DNA of 64,000 nt, from assembly GCF_000143415.4 (NCBI RefSeq), contig NW_003314292.1, forward strand, positions 1,123,498 to 1,187,497, read 5' to 3'. Below the pieces are notes generated by a model, which was not told the DNA's origin, did not search any database, and saw only the letters and a program-made list of their open reading frames with translations. This document shows, one piece after another, positions 48,401 through 59,879 of the stretch. Made by a program: the position numbers and the translations under genes. Source of the DNA: Selaginella moellendorffii (lineage: Eukaryota > Plantae > Lycopodiophyta). Each line of letters opens with the position of its first letter. Positions within the stretch are counted from its first letter, which is position 1.

Positions 48401-48669
48401 TCTATCAAAGTGTTGGTCGGTGCAGATGTCAGATCGGTGAGCTGTTTGGTGAGGTAGGGTGCAATCTTCAGCAGTTGGCCGATGGTGATCTGAATATTTT
48501 GGTTGAGGATAGTCTCTGTGACTGCTTGGATTTTGTCGAAGTTTGCCGAATTGTGTTCTGGTGTCGGTGTCGATGTTGAACGATTTGTCTGTCCGTTTTC
48601 TGGTATTGAGTCTTGGCATTGTTGTCGAGCTGGTGATGGTTGAGCTTCATTGTCGGAGTCTAAAATCAC
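42457..48669 (-). CDS. Pol polyprotein (PR-RT-RH-IN) with ~800-aa in-frame C-terminal extension
   Basis: IIDGGSS (PR), LDGFSGYNQI and VFMDDF (RT), HVDTSD (RH), H..H..C zinc finger, GLDFVGP, VTDRG, NGQAE, WQGPF (IN). Confidence 0.95.
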   Translation of the reverse strand: MILDSDNEAQPSPARQQCQDSIPENGQTNRSTSTPTPEHNSANFDKIQAVTETILNQNIQITIGQLLKIAPYLTKQLTDLTSAPTNTLIDSPTLNSTQTAVDTFRTEIQPGDCDNDVPTIDLRLDKHLVRGAIIDGGSSVNIIEESLVQQLNIGPVHPAPFNVRMADHRSVQPRGIIRKVNTTIQGVEIPVNYVVLKLPEQTDGYSILLGRPWLRTAQVYQDWPNDNLILHGPDGPTTVSTKTTKLLSSHNRPIDLEEYNLEDGLDDYQEQQILTAYPDLEPLAEIDLFRIVADFQRERPPITSALNNPVTRDTKLEAPPAFTVDNHNKVAYIPSIPADQKLEKVSLADDGNEHYIVLATDISASFRDKGINLLRKKKHLFAWSYRDLKGVSPKLSLHTITLLPDSKPRRQAAYRMNPNLMEQVKKELDKLLQVEYIYPIQNPIWLSPLVVVPKKNGKLRICINYKQLNDATEKDVFPIPFTDEVLDAVAGHEMYSFLDGFSGYNQIHIAEEDQHKTAFISPWGAYAYRRMPFGLCNAPFTFQRLVTNTFRDYLTDFMRVFMDDFSVFSSEDQHLECLEKCLNKCEENNIALNPDKCAFFVKSGVLLGHVVCKDGILIDKDKVDVISKLEPPKNQKELRRFLGKVGYHRRFIHRYAHIAKPLTDELKQDAQWTWTSEQQQAFDNLRLKLTTAPILAKPDWTQEFHIHVDTSDVATGAILSQTQHDNRDQPIYYASRLLNPAERNYTTTEKEALGMIYSLQKFRHYILSTKVVIFVDHKALLYLINKPILSGRISRWFLLLQEYNFEIVHKPGKNHEQADYLSRITTGDKPEVLTDDLPDSNLFRVSIPATWLDDVFSYLNSAKVPDQYTTSDQKKTFVAKTRQYSIIGGTLYKLGIDNILRRCIKQPHTTQIIKEAHDGPSGGHFAADTTTRKILQAGLWWPTLWHDTEEFCKRRDTCQRHRLPPKTQTQQLNPTFPMAPFQKWGLDFVGPQVSTRRRNQYIIVATDYTTKWAEAIPLQHATAKATATFIYENIITRFGTPLELVTDRGTHFINLTIEHLATEFKLRHKTSTPYYPQGNGQAEATNKTLKTILKKVINDSGKDWDDKLLDVLWAYRTAYKVTTDMTPFKLAFGTEAITPIEFIVPSMRVTVKYNLDTRHAVRERLQQLEHLDELRLNALWTLHAIQKQRKARHDRQASRHKIPKYSVDDHVLWYRGPIGKLGRKLHTNWQGPFKIIELYPNGTAKVSTLAEDFTEIVNLNKLRPYHVNIFNISTSTNFRPKPTNTPKPTINTHPNRQTLTQISSIQLNSTQHELIHQLQQQTAAKICKSQATIGSTPPEQISTVELELTSSPISTIDLQSSQIKPHQFRQQILTVHHQQSSAARSANQQLQVSRTLTGRALRSQKMKRKMPAHPPRRLRYVIHHIPRLPSNDTTTWLKDHGFELLHKAFSTHPDQKLARKLAASFNPKNSTITDGTNEITLSPARITSVFKISNKGLLKFSGEVPQQIIKANREITGELTWEDIEEQHMDRLKALLLYYELRPTDRTIGKRTAEVYGALLDGKRVNVAHHLHELLLKLLDRTILATLNKRTMRTVIFPLLIALHQALPNKQPWTTQTNSTEQSDSSEEHSESEGATPSKKPKPASQQSGSTHSNNTSSSNKHSNNSTPLRRCFTRKTPANPAPKPLIREHLIISDKEHNSHHHQQSPQSPHPLESAPKLTTSHKHINIAKEKRQLIAQNSISTPAENNILNAPTSLTRSTKENIDYLRQSLEEHTTMSPPANTTTSIHKNSAPSTKFQAKNFSTDKLISTPHLGRSSTIKLKSSSPTTSQNLAQPRHPHPMKQIQPPVTSTPGTKNRANPSEKHQDHRAGAGAATMPQPQSQVRRDYDEIRKEYEDKLRDPSYCTRKLFEALDQRMYCEQANYFPTPADIAQHLLKQDSFIYTRGAIKKEFYEPLNHRLDTQIEEMKQIRTDLRDIRKIVSKQPSTPSAAHEFTYKFKYEELNTRYRKLEDDHTTLLAEVADLQEDGTDPPDSVPNHELTLPQQKRRLYRLEQQQQQAMETDYVRTEDGV

Positions 48670-48828
48670 TAATTCGGGTGGTTGTAGAGCGAGTTGCTGC
48701 TGTATCTTGGCAGCTAACTTCTGCTTCTTTTTCCATTCCCGGAGTTTTGTCAGGCTCTCAGGGTCTTTCTCTTCACTATCTCCGGAATCTCTGTCCTGTT
48801 GTTGTTGTTTTTCTGCTCGAATTTGTGC

Positions 48829-51258
48829 TCAGGTTTGTACTGCCATGACTTGAGGATCTGAGTCGTCATTGTCGGCATAAGGTAGTTCGTCGGTCTCGAC
48901 CATCCTTGTTGTTGGTGGTTGCTGCTGGTTCTGATCTTGTTGTCGAGGAGGCGGTGGACCAAGTCTCGGCGGACCGCCTTGGTTTTGAAGTCGAGGTTGC
49001 CATGGTCGGTTGTTGTAGTTGCCTTGGTAGGCCTGGTCTTGATAACCTTGGCCTTGGTATCTTGGGTATTGTTGGTATCCTTGGTTGTAGTTGTCTCGAT
49101 TTGCCGGGTAGTTCCGGTTCGGCAGGTATTGTCGATCGTTGTAGTTGTTGTTGTAGTCGTTGTTGTAATTGTTGTAGTTGTTGTAGCGAGGTTGATCATT
49201 CCATTGTCGAGTCTGGTGTTGGAAGTTGTTTCTGAGCGGTCTCCAGTTTGTTGGAGGTGGTGCTTGGTGATTGTCGAAGTATTGATTTGGATATGCTTGT
49301 CGAAACTGCTGTCGGGGAGAGTTCGAGACTTGTCGAACTTCTGGAGAATTTCGAAATCTGCAAGTCTTGGCGTCATGACCTTCTTTGGCACAGATTTGGC
49401 ATTTGGAGATTTGGAGCTTGCAGTCACTTGCCGGATGTCCTTCGTTCTTGCACTTAGTACACCAAATTCCAGATCGAAATTCTTTGATATCGGTCTTGGC
49501 TTTTCCCTTGAGCTTGTCGATTGTTTTCCTGAGTTTCCGAAGTTTTGACTTGGTGCTCTCTCCGAGTTCATCGTCAGAGTCGTTATTGGAACTGCTATCA
49601 GAATCTGAGTTATCTGTGTCATCTACTTGTGCTGTCATTCGTCGAGCTTGAACATCTTGAAGGGCTCTTGCGAGTTCGAGGTAAGTGGCAACGTTGATGT
49701 GTGTTGCTGCTTCTCGGAGGGATCGTCGGAGTCCTTGCATGTACCATTGGTAAAGTAATGTTTCGGTGGCACTGTTGCTGCATTTGCTAGCATGTCGAGT
49801 GAAGGTTTGAGTGTAGTCGTCGATAGATTGACCGGACTTCTGCTTGAGTTTTTGGATCTTGTGAAGTCGTTGGCTTTGAGTGAGGGAAGACTTGAATCGG
49901 TCTACGAGTTTGAGTGTGAGGTCGTCGAAACTTGTATTTTGAGGAAGCGTTTGAGCCCATTCGTTGGCTCTCTTTCGAAGGGTACATCGGAAATAGTATG
50001 GAAGTTCGGTCGTCTGGTTGTTGATTCGGATGGCTTCTCGGAACTGTTCAACATGTTTCTCGGCATCTTCTGACTTCAGACCATGAAATAGTGGATAGGA
50101 GACATGTCTTCCGACTGGTATGTTGGCGACAGCAGTAGTGACTGCCATTTGCTGTTGGTAATAATGTCGGTATTGTCGAGGTTGTTTTGTCAGGTTGTTA
50201 CTGTGGAGTCCTAAGGTGATTTGGAGCAAGGGGTTGTCAGGGTCGACGGCAAAGTTGGTGTAAGAGGAAGGTGGTGAATTGTTGTTGTTGTTTAGTGGAC
50301 TCTTCTTTGTTGTTCCTTCTGTGTTGGGACTGTTGTCGGGTGTGTCTTCGACGTCGTCGTAGTCGTCGGTGTCGGGTTGCTTGCCGGTGTTGATTTTCAG
50401 AAGATGGTGTTCGAACTTGTTGTCGACGTACTTGTCGGAGTTATGTTGTGTTGGTTGTGGTTGTTCTTCTAAATTGTCAAAGAGTTCTTCGATCGTATAG
50501 TTGTGTGGTGATTGTGGTTGCTGAGGAAGATTGTTGTCGTCGACAATTGGTTCGTCGATCTCGTTGTTGTTGGATGATTGTAGCTGTTCGGCAGGTCGTT
50601 GTGAGTTGTTGATGTGGAGTGCTTGACTATTGGACGATTCGGGTTGTTAGTCTTTACTGCTGCTGACTGGGTATATTGGAGTGCGACTGTAATTGGTGAA
50701 GTCGAGTTGTTGTCTAGTCGGCGCGTTGAAGTCGAAAGCGTGTTCGAAAGGTCTTGCTGATAGCGGGCTTCGGTAGATGTTGGAAGCAAATGTAGGATAT
50801 ATTGGTGTTGTGAAGATCGGTCGGTATGGCGAAAATGGTGCTGGTCTGGTGAAGTCTGTGAAGCTGGGCTGGAAACTTGGTCGTTCGTCGTCACTGTAGA
50901 TCGGGTTAGTGAATGTACCTTTGAAGTGGTTGTATGCTGCTTGAAAAATGTTTTGTTGCTCGGGCGTAGTCTGTGTCGACTGCTCGAATGTTCGGTTGGG
51001 CTCGGGCACTTTGGTGGGTGCCGTCGAGGGTGCTGATTCAGGCTCGGGCACTTCGGTGGGTGCTGTCGAGGGTGCTGCCGGTGGTGTGTCCGGTGGTGTT
51101 GTGTAGTTGTTGTATTCTTCGCGGATGTCCGATACTGATTCGTCGGAGTTAGCTCGCGGTAATAATTCGTGTCGGATGTAATTCTCTCTCTTGGAGGGTC
51201 TAAGAATTTGATTCAACTTCTCTTGGTCTTTCTTTCTCTTTGTTTCTAAATTCTTCAA
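48829..51258 (-). CDS. Gag with long N-terminal extension and two CCHC knuckles (single in-frame stop at 50647)
   Basis: Capsid-like KLKQKSGQSIDDY; CTKCKNEGHPASDC and CQICAKEGHDAKTC; ORF 50647-51258 is in frame with 48829-50229. Confidence 0.85.
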
Positions 51259-51344
51259 ATCTCTATCTAAATGTCGGATAAGCCATTGTCGGTCTTCTTC
51301 CGACTTGCTGGATGTTCTTCATGGTTTTGGATACATGCATTCTT

Positions 51345-52283
51345 CTACTGGTTGTCGGTGTCAGATTTGTGTCTGCAGTCAATCATGCAGTTCGGGCAGA
51401 ACTTGGGGAAGACTGTCGATGGGCCAATTGTTGATAAAGTCGTTGTGAGCTTGTTCTTTCTTTTCAGTGCAAATATCGACGGTGGTGTGTGTTGGGTTGG
51501 GTTGTGTTCAGCCGAGTTGTGTTGAGTCGAGTGTGCTGGTGCAGTATGCAAACTGGTCTTCCACGTGCTGGTGCCGAGATGGAGTTCAATGAAGAGTTTC
51601 GGATATTCGGGTTTGTCTGGAATGATTTCTTCGATAATGTCGTCGAGTTGTTCGAGTCCGGATTGGGTGATGGCGTGATTGGCGAGAGTTGTTGCAGCGA
51701 ACGTGTTGATTTCGAACCGAGTTCGGACTGTTGTTTCAGTGCTGAGCTGCTGACTTTGTCGGAGGGGTTGTCGAAAAATCGGTGGTGCGTTCTGAAGTTG
51801 TCCCTCGACAAGTTGTCCGATACCGGGTAACAGAGTGATGGGTTCGTCGTTGGTGTAGGTTTTGAGGATGTGCTTCGGTATTTGGAGTGGGCGCAGGAAT
51901 TGGACTTGTGTCGGAACGCTAGGATTGCTGGGTCGACGACTGCACAGAAGATGGGCTCGTTTCGGTAGTGGTGTCGGTTTGTGTCGAGGGCGCTGGTTGA
52001 TGTCTCGAACTTGGAGTGGGTGGTCTTGTGCTCGGAGATGGAGTTTGCCAATGAAGCTGCTGAGGGCGTTTGCTGATGAAGGTGCTGGTAGATTGGAGTT
52101 TCTTGTCAAAGAGAGTCGTTGGTGTTCTTCATCGGTGATTGGACTTGGAGATCTCGAGAGAGAGCTTGCAGATTCTTCAAAGATCTCCTCTGGAAAGTTT
52201 CTGTCTTTACTGCGTTGGGCAGCAACCGCTTGGACGCCGTTGATCCATGGTGGCAGTGGCATTTGCGTGTTGAATTTGGGCAA
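51345..52283 (-). CDS. Extra ORF upstream of gag, unknown function
   Basis: 312-aa ATG ORF between PBS and gag, on the element strand. Confidence 0.6.
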   Translation of the reverse strand: MPKFNTQMPLPPWINGVQAVAAQRSKDRNFPEEIFEESASSLSRSPSPITDEEHQRLSLTRNSNLPAPSSANALSSFIGKLHLRAQDHPLQVRDINQRPRHKPTPLPKRAHLLCSRRPSNPSVPTQVQFLRPLQIPKHILKTYTNDEPITLLPGIGQLVEGQLQNAPPIFRQPLRQSQQLSTETTVRTRFEINTFAATTLANHAITQSGLEQLDDIIEEIIPDKPEYPKLFIELHLGTSTWKTSLHTAPAHSTQHNSAEHNPTQHTPPSIFALKRKNKLTTTLSTIGPSTVFPKFCPNCMIDCRHKSDTDNQ

Positions 52284-53676
52284 ATGTACAAATTAGGGCG
52301 TAATTTGGGTGAATTTGGGCGAGATGGGTAGATTTCTGGATCGTTCTTGCTATCTGCGCACAGAGAATGGAGAAAAAATGGAAGAATTTGTGAACCTGAA
52401 GGGGAATTCAGAAGCCGTGGTCGCCAAATGAAGAGGTGAGAAAACCCCTCTTCGCTGGAAATCTATTGTTAGTAAGAAAACAAAAGAGACAATGGCCCGA
52501 TCTCCAAGGGCAGAGAAGAAGCACGAGTAAAAGAATGCTGTGTATTGATAAGACAAACGATGGAATGGAGATAGGGATCCACAATTTGGATTCCCCCTTT
52601 TGAAATGTTAGCGGTTCTAACTGCTAGCATATACCATATGCTGTGCATGATTTAATCTATGGCTCCGATGTAGCCCTGGGTTCAAAGTCGGAGTCCCCTG
52701 AACCTTGTTTTTGGTTGAAACAGGTGGCATAGCATAATCTAGGGCAGTTAGATCTTTGTCTTTTTGTGCCGGATTATAACAAGAGAATGGGGCTGTTAGA
52801 AGAGTTATGACTTTCAGCTTCTGTTGACGAGGGTGTGAACTTATAAGAAAAACATGATAAATTATAAGCAACCAAAGGGAACAATTCGAGAGACAATCCG
52901 TAATAGTTTAAATATAGAACGAAATGGCTTAGGAATAAAAATGTACCCTTTTTTTTAATTGATTAAGGGTCTTGGGATATTTAGGGTTAAACATCTTTCG
53001 ATTTGAATAATACTAAGCTTTGGTGACTTCCCGGGAAATCCAAATTTAGGAGTTTACACTTATATGGAAAAATAATAATGTATTTTTCTCAAACTATATA
53101 GTATTTACAATTTTAAAAATAAAAGATACCAGACAATTAATAGTAACATTTTATGAAAATGGTTTTAAGAAAATATTTTGGAGGAATAATTTTAACTATA
53201 ATCTTAATTAAAATAATGCTATTTTAATTTCTTATTTTTATATAAAAACAATAAAAGCCAATGTATTTTACATTATTAATAACAAGCATATTCATTGAAA
53301 GTCGATTGTCCTCACCTGCCTCTCCTTGGATCAAACTCCATTTTCAATGACAGTTAGTCATTTTATAAAGATTCACTCTTCTTCTTGTGGCCCAATCCTC
53401 TACGTGCCACTGGTTCCAAGCAGCCACTCCAGGTTGCAATGTTCTAGCTCTGCACGACGAGGAAGGGGATCACACGAGCACTGTCCAAGGTAGGCAACAA
53501 TCACAGCCCCTCCACCCTCTTCTGGGTGATGCCTGTTGAGGCTAAGAGAACAATCAAGACCGCCAATCGTATTGCTAGATCTATATCCTTGGAGCGATAT
53601 GGTTATTTACAATTCGTATAAGCTCCTAGATTATATGTACACCTGTGACATTAAAATTTTACGATGCAAAAGCTTA

Positions 53677-56671
53677 TTACTTATCATTAGCAAGATCATC
53701 ATCAAGAGCGTCCTGACCAACTTGGACCTCACCACACACCCCGTCTTCTTCCGGAAACGCATCCAAATGAACCGTGGCTCCACTCTTTCGCTGCTGGGGC
53801 AGGCTCTTGTAGTTGAAGACTTTCTCTAGAACGTCCTTGAGGCTCGAGCAAAGAATAAGCTCCATTCCGTCCACCTTGACTCCTTTAGCACCCTGTGGGA
53901 CGATGCATTTCTTGAAACCCAGCTTGGATGCCTCAAACAGTCGCCTTTCGAGTTGAGCTACCTGCATGGACGGAACTTCCAGCATTGAAAAGTGAGAAAC
54001 CACGTAAGAACTTACAAAGCGCAGCTCTCCCCCGAGTCCTAGCTCACCAACGAAGACTGTGTCCCGAGGAACCGGCCTTTCTATATAGCTGCAAGCAAGA
54101 CGAAGCTCGTGAGTTGGTATGCCCAGCTAGTCGAGAGAAAGTACCTGCTGGCAATAGCGACGGCAACAGCAATATCTGTGGCGGGCTCTTCCAAACGAAA
54201 GCCTCCAACGACATTAACAAAAATATCCTAGAGCAGTATTTCAGCATAAGAACTTTTGCTATCACAAAGTATAGAACGCACCTGTCTTGCAAGTCTCAAG
54301 CGTGCTTGTTTGAGTAAGACCTGGCATCACAGCGTCAAGCCTCACAAAAGTGGAGAATATTTATGGAGTGACTTACGGCAACAATCAGATTGAATCGAGA
54401 TGGATCCACTCCAGTGAACGTTCTTTTACTTGGCAGTGAAGTGGCAGGAGAGCATAAGACCTGCAAAACGCGCGTTCATGCCGGAGAAAACTTTAGCTTT
54501 TGATCGTTGTCAGATACGCTTCTCGGTTTTAAAGTCAGATCATGGCAAGTCAGAGGTTCTTGGCAGTCCAGCTCACTCGAAACTCGGGAAATTCCAAAGA
54601 ATCTACCACCGGTCTCTCGTTGAACCTGGAAAGCTAGAGCAGCCAGACAACGCTCAGATTTGGCTAAAAGTATCATCATCCAACGTAAATCCTAGAAGTC
54701 GCTTACCTGGATTTCAACCAGCAGCGGCCGAGATCCTTCCAAAGCCACCCCAACGGTGGCTGATGCATTAGTGTCCTCCCCAGTTCTATCAGAAAGAAAC
54801 TTCAAACTGGGATTTTCTACCGCTCGTAAACCGTTGTCGACCATCTCAAACACGCCGACCTGTACTAAAGATAAAACAGCGAGATTCAATTTAAAAGCAA
54901 ATGCTGGAAGACAGTCACCTCTTTCGTAGAAGCGAAGCGATTTTTTAGTGATCTTAGAAGCCGTTGAGACAAAAGACGGTCTCCCTAGAGACAAGAAATA
55001 TAAACGAACAAAGATAAAAACCTCTTACCTCCAAGTGAAGATAAACATCAACCATGTGCTCCAATGTACGTGGCCCCGCTATTTCTCCAGATTTCGTTAC
55101 ATGCCCAATCTTTATATTGCCGAACATCTAATGCAAGAAAGAAAGAGAGCTTACCACCAGTGAAGATATCGACACCGTAGAGTAGACGAATTGAAGTCAC
55201 AGTTTGCTCCAGGAGTAAGAACTGTTATCCCAGAGGGAAGGTTTACAGTCCAAGGAGGAGTTTTCAGGCTCTGAAAGGAAAGAGATTAGTGAGACCAAAA
55301 CTTTTACCATATGCTTACATCCAGGTTGAAATCATGCACAATGGGAAGACCATTTTGTCGTCTGTATAAGATCAAATGCTTCGCAAAAATATCCATATCC
55401 TCTATCCAATTTTCGCTCTCGACTGGGACAACCTCCTAAAGTGTTTCAGTATTTGCTGTGAAAAAAACGAGAATTGACTTACCTCCCACGCCTTCGAGGT
55501 CAAGCTATCTGTCTTGCAGCGGACAAGCCGATAGTTGTTTCCTAGCGACGCTAGCTTCTTGTCGCCCAAAAAATTGGTAAGAATATACAGGTGCTCTTCA
55601 TGGTGTTCCACGAAATACTGGATGCCATCAACTCTATCTGCAACTTTCCGCAATGTTGTGGCTGAAGTTTTCGGATATACCAGAAAAACCTGTCCTGTAG
55701 AGGCTCGAGCAACACATTTGTGAAACCCAATTACCTCAGAGGACGTCTTCGAGTTGACATTAATCAAAACGTACTGCCAGTTTTTGGTTCTTGTAACATC
55801 AACAAAGTTCTTTGGATTGTCGTCGTGATAAATTGCAATGTCATCATCTTTAGATCGCAAGTTCCACAACAAAACCCTGTCGAGATCGAGAAAAAATGAT
55901 TCTAGAAGAAACTTCAACTAGAAACCTGTGAGGTCGATGTGCCACATCACTACAAGTGTAGTAAAGATATTCTCCAGTATCAGACCACTCCACGCTTACT
56001 ACACCATCGGTTTTGTGCTCCAGGAGGAGGCTATCAGTTTCCAAGTCTTTGATAAACAATGTGAACATCTCGTTGCCACCCAAGTCGATCGTGTATGCTA
56101 ACAGTTTGTAGTCTCTGGATAGTTTAAAAACTCCAAGCTGCGCATGGCCTACACTTGTGTAATTAGGAAGAAGAGAGAAACAAGGAAAGATCCTCAAAAC
56201 TTTACCGTGCTCGGCAGCAAGCTCATTGATGTCGATCATAACTTCACTGTTCTTGTCAAAAAAACTTGTAAAGAAAGCCTTCAGCCTTCCACCTTGGCGG
56301 GCTCTTCGTCTCGAGTAGATGGGAAACTGTTTCCCTTGCGGGATATGCACGAAATAGTACCTACATTGTTTCTAAGTTCCTCAGCTAGGCAAAAAAAAAT
56401 CAAAACGACCAAGGAAGAACTCACCAATCCCCCCAGCGCTCTGGAGGCGATGCGAGCTCCTTCTCCATCCTGCTCGCCATTTCCTGGCGGATCTGGCGCT
56501 GGAGCTCCCTTGTCCCAGCCATGGTCGACTGCGCAGCCAGTGGTAGGGATCGTCCCATGTCACGCCGTGGCGCGTCTTGGGGAACGATCTCCTCGGCGCC
56601 GCAGGAGCGAATTGCCGCAATGCGCGATCTGGAAGAGAAGAGAGTGCGCGAGAGAAGCGGCAAAGCGCCAT
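53677..56671 (-). pseudogene. Full-length chimeric oligopeptidase B-RadA/Sms gene copy with organellar transit-like N-terminus and a 1-nt deletion near the junction
   Basis: Starts MALCRFSRALSSLPDRALRQF...; OpdB propeller exons; junction intron 55110-55154; RadA C-terminal exons ending ...DDDLANDK. Confidence 0.8.
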
Positions 56672-56726
56672 AAAACCCTAGACCCTGCTTGGCAAGCATA
56701 TTCCTGGAACCTTTCAAGCTCGCAAA

Positions 56727-58200
56727 ATGGCGGGATGTTTAGAACCATAGTAGGGTTTTGGAATTTCTCCACGGTTCTCGCCTAAGGCGCAGTGGCTCTC
56801 TTCTTGCCTGTGCGAGCAGATCGGAGCGTCTCAGTTACCGGTAGACTCTCGCGCCGAGAAATGCTTCGCGCAGCTCCTCCGACGCTCCAGAGGTCCAGGC
56901 GATGCACTTATGTTCTACAAGTAAGTGGAAGGTTTCTATAGCTTTTCATCGATGGAAGCATAGCACACAGGTAGATGAAGCGGTGGACATTTTCAAGGAT
57001 CACTACCAGGAAGGAATTGGAAGTCGAAGCTTGAAGCTATCCATGACCGATGATGCTCAACGAGTTTTTGGCATTGAGTATCGTCCTACCCCACAGCTCA
57101 AAGTATTACAAGTCTTTGCCTTGAATTTTCTTTTCTTCCAATGCGAAAGGAATGTCGGGGGATGTTTCTTCTCGTCCCGGAAATTGTTACTGTTCTTGGA
57201 GGACCTTGAAGAGGCTCGACAGAGCGTGGTACATAAAGTACACAAACCTCCTCGGGGAAACAGGTAAAGTTTTCTTCTTCAAGTACTAGTTAAGGATATT
57301 TGCAGGCACCCGCGTGGTACTACTTGGAAGAGCAGCTTACACAAGCTGCCTGGCCCCGAACTCCAAGAAAACAATGGCGCTGCAGCCAATCCTGGAATGA
57401 GCAGCAACCTTCTTCGACTGTTCGTGATCATCCATATACAGGTCTAACTTTGCGCAGTGACTGCGTTTGCTTATTTTGATTTTCTGGCTCAAGGCAAGCA
57501 CCTGTTTCTATAGAAGATTTTTCTCGCGGTTCGGATTCCTACAGTGAACAAACACCAAGTAAACACAAAGAAGGCCTTTCAAGTTTTCTCTCCATGCATA
57601 ATTCTTGTTATCTTCACTTCAGAACAGCATCGGACCTGTCGGCCTGGGAACTTCGCGTATTCGTATGCTTTTCCTCCAATCCAATCAGGAAACCAGGAGT
57701 AGAAGAAAACTTCGCAGTAAGTTTTATGATCTTCACGTCCATTTTTCAGCCGCAGACAGCCTGGAGTCCCCTCCCTTTACGTCTGGCAGTTCTACAGAGG
57801 CGGTTTTTGGAGTCCGGTGTAGTTCAATCAGGCCGAGTTAAGGTAATAAAAGAAAAGAAAAGAAATTGTTTTCTGAGCAAGGATGCATACCAGCTCGAAG
57901 ATGAAAGCCTTTTAATGGAAGCTCTAGTGAACCACGAGCAATTCTGTTTAATCAAGAATGGTCGCCGATTATGCAGCTGGTTGAGAGGATGATCGGACAC
58001 TCCCCGTTGGATGTAAGTGCTGCTATAGAACGTCAAGCTTTTCTCAAGAGATACCAGGTGTTTTCTACAAAGGCACACATGAGATATTCTCTTCTTAAGC
58101 GTGTGGTGATCTTTTATGTTCTCCAGCATAGGGTTGTGGCCGTGAACGACTATCCGGAAATGGATGGAGGCTTCTTGCGCGAGTTGAAGCTCTTCCAATT
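56727..58200 (+). pseudogene. RMI1: Decayed RMI1 copy
   Basis: LKLSMTDDAQRVFGIEYRPTPQL etc. with many deletions relative to 60530-62425. Confidence 0.75.
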
Positions 58201-58441
58201 TGCCGCCAGGATCATCAGCGATCCCTTCCACTATATTGAATTTGACTGTTCCCATCAAGAGAATAGAAAAGAAACTTCATAACTTGCAAAGACAGTACTT
58301 GCATTGCTATAGAAAATCTTTCTCGACAGGAAGATCATTGTCTCACAAAAAAAATTCCACCCGGTGACCAAGCAAGCAAAGTTAGTACCTGTACTCTTCA
58401 ATCAAAAACGATGCTTACCGAACTGGTGCTGGCTTTTGTTC

Positions 58442-59365
58442 TTAAGCTGCACGAGCTTTTTTCACGATCAAGTCGCTGCCGCTGGGAAGACTCCTCTTCA
58501 TTCCACAGCGCCTGCTGCGTGTCGTCGTCTCGATCTTGCTACTGCTGCTGCAATGCTTCACGATCCAGGGATGTGCAAGCACACGGTCCAGCGTTACCCT
58601 CTTGCTCGGTTCGACAGCTAACATCCCCCGGAGAAGATCCTCCGCCCGGTCCGAGCCAAAACCAGTTGGAAATGCTCCCGCTCTCAAGAAATCGATTTCC
58701 ATTCTCGATTTGTGACCTTTCAACAGCTCGTACGCAATGACTCCCAAACCCCACACATCAATGGCTGCCGTGTAGAAGTTCTGTGATTCTCCCTTGCGGC
58801 CCTTCCTCGCCATCACCTCTGGTGCCATATACTTTTCCGTGCCACAGTACTTTGACATCTCCCTGTGCAGGTCTGTGGCTATCCCGAAGTCTCCAATCAG
58901 AACATCGTGCACACCAGTGGCATTGAGCTTGACAAGAATGTTCTCCGGCTTGAGATCCCGGTGGATAATTCCCCTGGAGTGGATCTCCTTGAGCGTTTCA
59001 GCCAGCTTCTTGATGGTCTTCGCTGCATCCTCCTCCCTCATCGGCCCACAGTTGATCAATCCCTCGCATAGGTTTGGGCCGCACAGCTCCATAACGATGG
59101 TGCCATAGCACTTGGCACCATCTCTCTCCCGGACAAAGCCCATGAAGGAGACGACCCCAGGGCAGGCGTGAAGCTTGGACATAAGCCGAGCTTCTCTCTC
59201 GGCATCACTCCCCGATCGAAACAACTTTCCAGCATATGTGTTGCGGCCATTATGGATCATGAAAACCTGCCCTTGCCCTCCACATCCCAGCCGCTTGCCC
59301 CTCATGTAAAACTTGAGAAGCTCACTACAGTCATCCTCGCTCAACTCACCGGTGTCACGCGCCAT
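58442..59365 (-). CDS. Intronless Ser/Thr protein kinase (paralog of 35692-36615)
   Basis: All catalytic motifs intact; 307 aa. Confidence 0.92.
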   Translation of the reverse strand: MARDTGELSEDDCSELLKFYMRGKRLGCGGQGQVFMIHNGRNTYAGKLFRSGSDAEREARLMSKLHACPGVVSFMGFVRERDGAKCYGTIVMELCGPNLCEGLINCGPMREEDAAKTIKKLAETLKEIHSRGIIHRDLKPENILVKLNATGVHDVLIGDFGIATDLHREMSKYCGTEKYMAPEVMARKGRKGESQNFYTAAIDVWGLGVIAYELLKGHKSRMEIDFLRAGAFPTGFGSDRAEDLLRGMLAVEPSKRVTLDRVLAHPWIVKHCSSSSKIETTTRSRRCGMKRSLPSGSDLIVKKARAA

Positions 59366-59879
59366 CGCTCCCAGACCTTCTTGCTGAATGGAAGACCTAG
59401 CTTCTTCAAAACGGGTTTATATCGACGGCTGGGATGATCTTTGATGGACGGTGGCGATTTCATGGGACAACCTGAGAACCTAGGCCAAGTAGTGACGCTA
59501 GTGTCTTCTCGCCCAAAACATTGGACTCTATCTGTTTGGAGATAAGCCATCCGGATGAGGTGGGAGGATACTACCACTACACCAGCTGCGCTTCACCATG
59601 GAAAAACCTTAGTTACACGAGGCAGTGACAAAAATTTCTCTAAGTTCTGCTATAAACTAAGTCGTCACAAAACGTTTGGTCTTATGAGCTCGATGCTTTC
59701 AAAGACGAGTTATATGTTCCTGGATTGCTGTGTTGAATCATGTGTTGGATTATTAAACTTGTTGCCACAGGCCGTTGGCGGTGGCCTGTGGTGAGCTCTG
59801 CCCTGATTTTTGTTCTAGTCGCTTTGTTTCCTTTCCTGGTCTCAGAGTGCCGAATTTTGTGAATCTCATTCATCGCAAT

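Larger units (their letters stand above)
42144..52722 (-). mobile_element. Young full-length non-chromovirus Ty3/gypsy LTR retrotransposon (10.6 kb; Selgy/Phygy-type by inference)
   Basis: 294-bp LTRs at 42144-42437 and 52429-52722 (4 differences), TG...CA termini; 5-bp TSD GGTGG; PBS TGGCGACCACGG (tRNA-Arg-like) at ~52415-52426; PPT AGGGGAGCAGAG at 42438-42449. Confidence 0.97.
38057..52781 (+). mobile_element. Degenerate 5'-truncated Ty3/gypsy (chromovirus-like RT) whose 3' LTR (42003-42143 + 52728-52781) is split by a nested element
   Basis: [67 protein letters not shown]; many stops; PPT AGGGGGAAGAA at ~41991; LTR TGTTA...TAACA. Confidence 0.8.

Noticed and set aside
43433-52331. Numerous plus-strand and alternate-frame ORFs
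   Set aside because: Antisense or shadow frames of the gag-pol ORFs.
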